From contig CAXKVF010000075.1 of NCBI GenBank assembly GCA_964057225.1, forward strand, positions 558,001 through 622,000: a DNA stretch of 64,000 bases, given 5' to 3'. A program made the translations under genes and the position numbers. The stretch is from Auanema rhodensis (taxonomy: Eukaryota; Animalia; Nematoda). This document shows, piece by piece, positions 1 through 10,300 of the stretch. Within the stretch, counting starts at the first letter, position 1; every line of letters begins with the position of its first letter. Below the pieces are notes generated by a model that saw only the letters and a list, made by a program, of their open reading frames with translations, searched no databases and was not told where the DNA came from.

Positions 1-176
1 ACCATGACTTTGAAATTTACGTGAACTTTAATTTATGCTAATTAAATGTACACGTGATGTGCACTTGGTATGTAACTCGCTTCACGTGAAAGATAAAGAG
101 ATGCGGTTTTCAAAATTAGATTCCCCATTTCCATATTAGTCTAAAAACAAATTTTTATTGATATTGGTGCATGGTA
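1..176 (+). repeat. Representative monomer (one private G>T at 129 relative to consensus)
   Basis: The next copy starts at 177. The consensus has 57/176 G+C and 5 CpG. Confidence 0.98.
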
Positions 177-352
177 ACCATGACTTTGAAATTTACGTGA
201 ACTTTAATTTATGCTAATTAAATGTACACGTGATGTGCACTTGGTATGTAACTCGCTTCACGTGAAAGATAAAGAGATGCGGTTTTCAAAATTAGATTCC
301 CCATGTCCATATTAGTCTAAAAACAAATTTTTATTGATATTGGTTCATGGTA

Positions 353-632
353 ACCATGACTTTGAAATTTACGTGAACTTTAATTTATGCTAATTAAATG
401 TACACGTGATGTGCACTTGGTATGTAACTCGCTTCACGTGAAAGATAAAGAGATGCGGTTTTCAAAATTAGATTCCCCATGTCCATATTTATGCTAATTA
501 AATGTACACGTGATGTGCACTTGGTATGTAACTCGCTTCACGTGAAGGATAAAGAGATGCGGTTTTCAAAATTAGATTCCCCATGTCCATATTAGTCTAA
601 AAACAAATTTTTATTGATATTGGTGCATGGTA
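353..632 (+). repeat. Fused dimer carrying a 72-bp deletion (280 bp instead of 352)
   Basis: At 481-500 'gtccatATTtatgctaatta' joins monomer position 137 to position 34 of the next unit across a shared ATT (487-489). Confidence 0.95.
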
Positions 633-950
633 ACCATGGCTTTGAAATTTACGTGAACTTTAATTTATGCTAATTAAATGTACACGTGATGTGCACTTGT
701 ATGTAACTCGCTTCACGTGAAAGATAAAGAGATGCGGTTTTCAAAATTAGATTCCCCATGTCCATATTAGTCTAAAAACAAATTTTTATTGATATTGCGT
801 CATGGTAACCATGACTTTGAAATTTACGTGAACTTTAATTTATGCTAATTAAATGTACACGTGATGTGCACTTGGTATGTAACTCGCTTCACGTGAAAGA
901 TAAAGAGATGCGGTTTTCAAAATTAGATTCCCCATGTCCATATTAGTCTA

Positions 951-1013
951 AAAACAAATTTTTACTTTTATGCTAATTTCAAAGTCATGGTTACCATGCA
1001 AAACAAATTTTTA
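951..1013 (+). other. +49-bp complex templated insertion: 35 inserted bases (965-999) between two copies of a 14-bp direct repeat
   Basis: aaaacaaattttta occurs at 951-964 and 1000-1013. The insert contains the forward monomer fragment tttatgctaatt (967-978) overlapping the reverse complement of the monomer junction, aatttcaaagtcatggttaccatgca (975-1000). Confidence 0.93.
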
Positions 1014-4000
1014 TTGATATTGGTGCATGGTAACCATGACTTTGAAATTTACGTGAACTTTAATTTATGCTAATTAAATGTACACGTGATGTGCACTTGG
1101 TATGTAACTCGGTTCACGTGAAAGATAAAGAGATGCGGTTTTCAAAATTAGATTCCCCATGTCCATATTAGTCTAAAAACAAATTTTTATTGATATTGGT
1201 GCATGGTAACCATGACTTTGAAATTTACGTGAACTTTAATTTATGCTAATTAAATGTACACGTGATGTGCACTTGGTATGTAACTCGCTTCACGTGAAAG
1301 ATAAAGAGATGCGGTTTTCAAAATTAGATTCCCCATGTCCATATTAGTCTAAAAACAAATTTTTATTGATATTGGTTCATGGTAACCATGACTTTGAAAT
1401 TTACGTGAACTTTAATTCATGCTAATTAAATGTACACGTGATGTGCACTTGGTATGTAACTCGCTTCACGTGAAAGATAAAGAGATGCGGTTTTCACAAT
1501 TAGATTCCCCATGTCCATATTAGTCTAAAAACAAATTTTTATTGATATTGGTGCATGGTAACCATGACTTTGAAATTTACGTGAACTTTAATTTATGCTA
1601 ATTAAATGTACACGTGATGTGCACTTGGTATGTAACTCGCTTCACGTGAAAGATAAAGAGATGCGGTTTTCAAAATTAGATTCCCCATGTCCATATTAGT
1701 CTAAAAACAAATTTTTATTGATATTGGTGCATGGTAACCATGACTTTGAAATTTACGTGAACTTTAATTTATGCTAATTAAATGTACACGTGATGTGCAC
1801 TTGGTATGTAACTCGCTTCACGTGAAAGATAAAGAGATGCGGTTTTCAAAATTAGATTCCCCATGTCCATATTAGTCTAAAAACAAATTTTTATTGATAT
1901 TGCTTCATGGTAACCATGACTTTGAAATTTACGTGAACTTTAATTTATGCTAATTAAATGTACACGTGATGTGCACTTGGTATGTAACTCGCTTCACGTG
2001 AAAGATAAAGAGATGCGGTTTTCAAAATTAGATTCCCCATGTCCATATTAGTCTAAAAACAATTTTTTATTGATATTGGTTCATGGTAACCATGACTTTG
2101 AAATTTACGTGAACTTTAATTTATGCTAATTAAATGTACACGTGATGTGCACTTGGTATGTAACTCGCTTCACGTGAAAGATAAAGAGATGCGGTTTTCA
2201 AAATTAGATTCCCCATGTCCATATTAGTCTAAAAACAAATTTATATTGATATTGCTTCATGGTAACCATGACTTTGAAATTTACGTGAACTTTAATTTAT
2301 GCTAATTAAATGTACACGTGATGTGCACTTGGTATGTAACTCGCTTCACGTGAAAGATAAAGAGATGCGGTTTTCAAAATTAGATTCCCCATGTCCATAT
2401 TAGTCTAAAAACAATTTTTTATTGATATTGGTTCATGGTAACCATGACTTTGAAATTTACGTGAACTTTAATTTATGCTATTTAAATGTACACGTGATGT
2501 GCACTTGGTATGTAACTCGCTTCACGTGAAAGATAAAGAGATGCGGTTTTCAAAATTAGATTCCCCATGTCCATATTAGTCTAAAAACAAATTTATATTG
2601 ATATTGCTTCATGGTAACCATGACTTTGAAATTTACGTGAACTTTAATTTATGCTAATTAAATGTACACGTGATGTGCACTTGGTATGTAACTCGCTTCA
2701 CGTGAAAGATAAAGAGATGCGGTTTTCAAAATTAGATTCCCCATGTCCATATTAGTCTAAAAACAAATTTTTATTGATATTGGTGCATGGTAACCATGAC
2801 TTTGAAATTTACGTGAACTTTAATTTATGCTAATTAAATGTACACGTGATGTGCACTTGGTATGTAACTCGCTTCACGTGAAAGATAAAGAGATGCGGTT
2901 TTCAAAATTAGATTCCCCATGTCCATATTAGTCTAAAAACTAATTTTTATTGATATTGGTGCATGGTAACCATGACTTTGAAATTTACGTGAACTTTAAT
3001 TTATGCTAATTAAATGTACACGTGATGTGCACTTGGTATGTAACTCGCTTCACGTGAAAGATAAAGAGATGCGGTTTTCAAAATTAGATTCCCCATGTCC
3101 ATATTAGTCTAAAAACAATTTTTTATTGATATTGGTTCATGGTAACCATGACTTTGAAATTTACGTGAACTTTAATTTATGCTAATTAAATGTACACGTG
3201 ATGTGCACTTGGTATGTAACTCGCTTCACGTGAAAGATAAAGAGATGCGGTTTTCAAAATTAGATTCCCCATGTCCATATTAGTCTAAAAACAATTTTTT
3301 ATTGATATTGGTTCATGGTAACCATGACTTTGAAATTTACGTGAACTTTAATTTATGCTAATTAAATGTACACTTGATGTGCACTTGGTATGTAACTCGC
3401 TTCACGTGAAAGATAAAGAGATGCGGTTTTCAAAATTAGGTTCCCCATGTCCATATTAGTCTAAAAACAAATTTTTATTGATATTGCTTCATGGTAACCA
3501 TGACTTTGAAATTTACGTGAACTTTAATTTATGCTAATTAAATGTACACGTGATGTGCACTTGGTATGTAACTCGCTTCACGTGAAAGATAAAGAGATGC
3601 GGTTTTCAAAATTAGATTCCCCATGTCCATATTAGTCTAAAAACAAATTTTAATTGATATTGGTTCATGGTAACCATGACTTTGAAATTTACGTGAACTT
3701 TAATTTATGCTAATTAAATGTACACGTGATGTGCACTTGGTATGTAACTCGCTTCACGTGAAAGATAAAGAGATGCGGTTTTCAAAATTAGGTTCCCCAT
3801 GTCCATATTAGTCTAAAAACAAATTTTTATTGATATTGGTTCATGGTAACCATGACTTTGAAATTTACGTGAACTTTAATTTATGCTAATTAAATGTACA
3901 CGTGATGTGCACTTGGTATGTAACTCGCTTCACGTGAAAGATAAAGAGATGCGGTTTTCAAAATTAGATTCCCCATGTCCATATTAGTCTAAAAACAAAT

Positions 4001-4719
4001 TTTTATTGATATTGGTGCATGGTAACCATGACTTTGAAATTTACGTGAACTTTAATTTATGCTAATTAAATGTACACGTGATGTGCACTTGGTATGTAAC
4101 TCGCTTCACGTGAAAGATAAAGAGATGCGGTTTTCAAAATTAGATTCCCCATGTCCATATTAGTCTAAAAACAAATTTTTATTGATATTGGTTCATGGTA
4201 ACCATGACTTTGAAATTTACGTGAACTTTAATTTATGCTAATTAAATGTACACGTGATGTGCACTTGGTATGTAACTCGCTTCACGTGAAAGATAATGAG
4301 ATGCGGTTTTCAAAATTAGATTCCCCATGTCCATATTAGTCTAAAAACAAATTTTTATTGATATTGGTGCATGGTAACCATGACTTTGAAATTTACGTGA
4401 ACTTTAATTTATGCTAATTAAATGTACACGTGATGTGCACTTGGTATGTAACTCGCTTCACGTGAAAGATGAAGAGATGCGGTTTTCAAAATTAGATTCC
4501 CCATGTCCATATTAGTCTAAAAACAAATTTTTATTGATATTGGTGCATGGTAACCATGACTTTGAAATTTACGTGAACTTTAATTTATGCTAATTAAATG
4601 TACACGTGATGTGCACGTGGTATGTAACTCGCTTCACGTGAAAGATAAAGAGATGCGGTTTTCAAAATTAGATTCCCCATGTCCATATTAGTCTAAAAAC
4701 AAATTTTTATTTTTATGCT

Positions 4720-4754
4720 AATTTCAAAGTCATGGTTACCATGACTTTGAAATT
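4720..4754. repeat. 35-bp inverted repeat (17-1-17) in a 185-bp variant monomer
   Basis: aatttcaaagtcatggt-T-accatgactttgaaatt; the register shifts by +9 (4553 to 4738). Confidence 0.95.
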
Positions 4755-5080
4755 TACGTGAACTTTAATTTATGCTAATTAAATGTACACGTGATGTGCA
4801 CGTGGTATGTAACTCGCTTCACGTGAAAGATAAAGAGATGCGGTTTTCAAAATTAGATTCCCCATGTCCATATTAGTCTAAAAACAAATTTTTATTGATA
4901 TTGGTGCATGGTAACCATGACTTTGAAATTTACGTGAACTTTAATTTATGCTAATTAAATGTACACGTGATGTGCACGTGGTATGTAACTCGCTTCACGT
5001 GAAAGATAAAGAGATGCGGTTTTCAAAATTAGATTCCCCATGTCCATATTAGTCTAAAAACAAATTTTTATTTTTATGCT

Positions 5081-5115
5081 AATTTCAAAGTCATGGTAAC
5101 CATGACTTTGAAATT
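5081..5115. repeat. 35-bp inverted repeat (17-1-17) in a second 185-bp variant monomer
   Basis: aatttcaaagtcatggt-A-accatgactttgaaatt; the register shifts by +9 (4914 to 5099). Confidence 0.95.
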
Positions 5116-7386
5116 TACGTGAACTTTAATTTATGCTAATTAAATGTACACGTGATGTGCACGTGGTATGTAACTCGCTTCACGTGAAAGATAAAGAGAT
5201 GCGGTTTTCAAAATTAGGTTCCCCATGTCCATATTAGTCTAAAAACAAATTTTTATTGATATTGGTTCATGGTAACCATGACTTTGAAATTTACGTGAAC
5301 TTTAATTTATGCTAATTAAATGTACACGTGATGTGCACTTGGTATGTAACTCGCTTCACGTGAAAGATAAAGAGATGCGGTTTTCAAAATTAGATTCCCC
5401 ATGTCCATATTAGTCTAAAAACAAATTTTTATTGATATTGCTTCATGGTAACCATGACTTTGAAATTTACGTGAACTTTAATTTATGCTAATTAAATGTA
5501 CACGTGATGTGCACGTGGTATGTAACTCGCTTCACGTGAAAGATAAAGAGATGCGGTTTTCAAAATTAGATTCCCCATGTCCATATTAGTCTAAAAACAA
5601 ATTTTTATTGATATTGGTGCATGGTAACCATGACTTTGAAATTTACGTGAACTTTAATTTATGCTAATTAAATGTACACGTGATGTGCACTTGGTATGTA
5701 ACTCGCTTCACGTGAAAGATAAAGAGATGCGGTTTTCAAAATTAGGTTCCCCATGTCCATATTAGTCTAAAAACAAATTTTTATTGATATTGGTTCATGG
5801 TAACCATGACTTTGAAATTTACGTGAACTTTAATTTATGCTAATTAAATGTACACGTGATGTGCACTTGGTATGTAACTCGCTTCACGTGAAAGATAAAG
5901 AGATGCGGTTTTCAAAATTAGATTCCCCATGTCCATATTAGTCTAAAAACAATTTTTTATTGATATTGGTTCATGGTAACCATGACTTTGAAATTTACGT
6001 GAACTTTAATTTATGCTAATTAAATGTACACGTGATGTGCACTTGGTATGTAACTCGCTTCACGTGAAAGATAAAGAGATGCGGTTTTCAAAATTAGATT
6101 CCCCATGTCCATATTAGTCTAAAAACATTTTTTTATTGATATTGGTGCATGGTAACCATGACTTTGAAATTTACGTGAACTTTAATTTATGCTAATTAAA
6201 TGTACACGTGATGTGCACTTGGTATGTAACTCGCTTCACGTGAAAGATAAAGAGATGCGGTTTTCAAAATTAGGTTCCCCATGTCCATATTAGTCTAAAA
6301 ACAAATTTTTATTGATATTGGTACATGGTAACCATGACTTTGAAATTTACGTGAACTTTAATTTATGCTTATTAAATGTACACGTGATGTGCACTTGGTA
6401 TGTAACTCGCTTCACGTGAAAGATAAAGAGATGCGGTTTTCAAAATTAGATTCCCCATGTCCATATTAGTCTAACAACAAATTTTAATTGATATTGGTTC
6501 ATGGTAACCATGACTTTGAAATTTACGTGAACTTTAATTTATGCTAATTAAATGTACACGTGATGTGCACTTGGTATGTAACTCGCTTCACGTGAAAGAT
6601 AAAAAGATGCGGTTTTCAAAATTAGATTCCCCGTGTCCATATTAGTCGAAAAACAAATTTTTATTGATATTGCTTCATGGTAACCATGACTTTGAAATTT
6701 ACGTGAACTTTAATTTATGCTAATTAAATGTACACGTGATGTGCACTTGGTATGTAACTCGCTTCACGTGAAAGATAAAAAGATGCGGTTTTCAAAATTA
6801 GATTCCCCATGTCCATATTAGTCTAAAAACAAATTTTAATTGATATTGGTTCATGGTAACCATGACTTTGAAATTTACGTGAACTTTAATTTATGCTATT
6901 TAAATGTACACGTGATGTGCACTTGGTATGTAACTCGCTTCACGTGAAAGATAAAGAGATGCGGTTTTCAAAATTAGATTCCCCATGTCCATATTAGTCT
7001 AAAAACATTTTTTTATTGATATTGGTGCATGGTAACCATGACTTTGAAATTTACGTGAACTTTAAATTATGCTAATTAAATGTACACGTGATGTGCACTT
7101 GGTATGTAACTCGCTTCACGTGAAAGATAAAGAGATGCGGTTTTCAAAATTAGATTCCCCATGTCCATATTAGTCTAAAAACAAATTTTTATTGATATTG
7201 CTTCATGGTAACCATGACTTTGAAATTTACGTGAACTTTAATTTATGCTAATTAAATGTACACGTGATGTGCACTTGGTATGTAACTCGCTTCACGTGAA
7301 AGATAAAAAGATGCGGTTTACAAAATTAGATTCCCCATGTCCATATTAGTCTAAAAACAAATTTTTATTGATATTGGTTCATGGTA

Positions 7387-10300
7387 ACCATGACTTTGAA
7401 ATTTACGTTAACTTTAATTTATGCTAATTAAATGTACACGTGATGTGCACTTGGTATGTAACTCGCTTCACGTGAAAGATAAAGAGATGCGGTTTTCAAA
7501 ATTAGATTCCCCATGTCCATATTAGTCTAAAAACAAATTTTTATTGATATTGGTGCATGGTAACCATGACTTTGAAATTTACGTGAACTTTAAATTATGC
7601 TAATTAAATGTACACGTGATGTGCACTTGGTATGTAACTCGCTTCACGTGAAAGATAAAAAGATGCGGTTTTCAAAATTAGATTCCCCATGTCCATATTA
7701 GTCTAAAAACAAATTTTTATTGATATTGGTTCATGGTAACCATGACTTTGAAATTTACGTGAACTTTAATTTATGCTAATTAAATGTACACGTGATGTGC
7801 ACTTGGTATGTAACTCGCTTCACGTGAAAGATAAAGAGATGCGGTTTTCAAAATTAGATTCCCCATGTCCATATTAGTCTAAAAACAAATTTTAATTGAT
7901 ATTGGTTCATGGTAACCATGACTTTGAAATTTACGTGAACTTTAATTTATGCTATTTAAATGTACACGTGATGTGCACTTGGTATGTAACTCGCTTCACG
8001 TGAAAGATAAAGAGATGCGGTTTTCAAAATTAGATTCCCCATGTCCATATTAGTCTAAAAACATTTTTTTATTGATATTGGTGCATGGTAACCATGACTT
8101 TGAAATTTACGTGAACTTTAATTTATGCTAATTAAATGTACACGTGATGTGCACTTGGTATGTAACTCGCTTCACGTGAAAGATAAAGAGATGCGGTTTT
8201 CAAAATTAGATTCCCCATGTCCATATTAGTCTAAAAACAAATTTTTATTGATATTGCTTCATGGTAACCATGACTTTGAAATTTACGTGAACTTTAATTT
8301 ATGCTAATTAAATGTACACGTGATGTGCACTTGGTATGTAACTCGCTTCACGTGAAAGATAAAAAGATGCGGTTTACAAAATTAGATTCCCCATGTCCAT
8401 ATTAGTCTAAAAACAAATTTTTATTGATATTGGTTCATGGTAACCATGACTTTGAAATTTACGTTAACTTTAATTTATGCTAATTAAATGTACACGTGAT
8501 GTGCACTTGGTATGTAACTCGCTTCACGTGAAAGATAAAGAGATGCGGTTTTCAAAATTAGATTCCCCATGTCCATATTAGTCAAAAAACAAATTTTTAT
8601 TGATATTGGTGCATGGTAACCATGACTTTGAAATTTACGTGAACTTTAAATTATGCTAATTAAATGTACACGTGATGTGAACTTGGTATGTAACTCGCTT
8701 CACGTGAAAGATAAAAAGATGCGGTTTTCAAAATTAGATTCCCCATGTCCATATTAGTCTAAAAACAAATTTTTATTGATATTGGTTCATGGTAACCATG
8801 ACTTTGAAATTTACGTTAACTTTAATTTATGCTAATTAAATGTACACGTGATGTGCACTTGGTATGTAACTCGCTTCACGTGAAAGATAAAGAGATGCGG
8901 TTTTCAAAATTGGATTCCCCATGTCCATATTAGTCTAAAAACAAATTTTTATTGATATTGGTGCATGGTAACCATGACTTTGAAATTTACGTGAACTTTA
9001 ATTTATGCTAATTAAATGTACACGTGATGTGCACTTGGTATGTAACTCGCTTCACGTGAAAGATAAAGAGATGCGGTTTTCAAAATTAGATTCCCCATGT
9101 CCATATTAGTCTAAAAACAAATTTTTATTGATATTGGTTCATGGTAACCATGACTTTGAAATTTACGTGAACTTTAATTTATGCTAATTAAATGTACACG
9201 TGATGTGCACTTGGTATGTAACTCGCTTCACGTGAAAGATAAAGAGATGCGGTTTTCAAAATTAGATTCCCCGTGTCCATATTAGTCGAAAAACAAATTT
9301 TTATTGATATTGCTTCATGGTAACCATGACTTTGAAATTTACGTGAACTTTAATTTATGCTAATTAAATGTACACGTGATGTGCACTTGGTATGTAACTC
9401 GCTTCACGTGAAAGATAAAGAGATGCGGTTTTCAAAATTAGATTCCCCATGTCCATATTAGTCTAAAAACAAATTTTTATTGATATTGCTTCATGGTAAC
9501 CATGACTTTGAAATTTACGTGAACTTTAATTTATGCTAATTAAATGTACACGTGATGTGCACTTGGTATGTAACTCGCTTCACGTGAAAGATAAAGAGAT
9601 GCGGTTTCCAAAATTAGATTCCCCATGTCCATATTAGTCTAAAAACAAATTTTTATTGATATTGGTTCATGGTAACCATGACTTTGAAATTTACGTTAAC
9701 TTTAATTCATGCTAATTAAATGTACACGTGATGTGCACTTGGTATGTAACTCGCTTCACGTGAAAGATAAAGAGATGCGGTTTTCAAAATTAGATTCCCC
9801 ATGTCCATATTAGTCTAAAAACAAATTTTTATTGATATTGGTGCATGGTAACCATGACTTTGAAATTTACGTGAACTTTAAATTATGCTAATTAAATGTA
9901 CACGTGATGTGCACTTGGTATGTAACTCGCTTCACGTGAAAGATAAAAAGATGCGGTTTTCAAAATTAGATTCCCGATGTCCATATTAGTCTAAAAACAA
10001 ATTTTTATTGATATTGGTTCATGGTAACCATGACTTTGAAATTTACGTGAACTTTAATTTATGCTAATTAAATGTACACGTGATGTGCACTTGGTATGTA
10101 ACTCGCTTCACGTGAAAGATAAAGAGATGCGGTTTTCAAAATTAGGTTCCCCATGTCCATATTAGTCTAAAAACAAATTTTTATTGATATTGGTGCATGG
10201 TAACCATGACTTTGAAATTTACGTGAACTTTAATTTATGCTAATTAAATGTACACGTGATGTGCACTTGGTATGTAACTCGCTTCACGTGAAAGATAAAG

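Noticed and set aside
1-176. Assignment to a known satellite of similar length (primate alpha satellite, Arabidopsis CEN178, Brassica CentBr, honey bee AluI)
   Set aside because: Only the length is similar. I recognise no sequence match, and the consensus has no CENP-B box and no AGCT site. BLASTN or a Dfam/Repbase search is needed.
1-176. Tandem 5S rRNA, tRNA, snRNA or spliced-leader gene unit
   Set aside because: I see no recognisable conserved RNA sequence, cloverleaf or Pol III A/B/C boxes. An Rfam cmscan would be the formal test.
51-176. Budding-yeast point centromere (CDEI-II-III)
   Set aside because: There is a CDEI-like 8-mer, but no adjacent >90% AT CDEII or CDEIII consensus, and point centromeres are not tandemly arrayed.
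951-1013. Transposon or MITE insertion with a 14-bp target-site duplication
   Set aside because: The 35-bp insert is composed of satellite fragments, with no terminal inverted repeats or poly(A) tail of its own.
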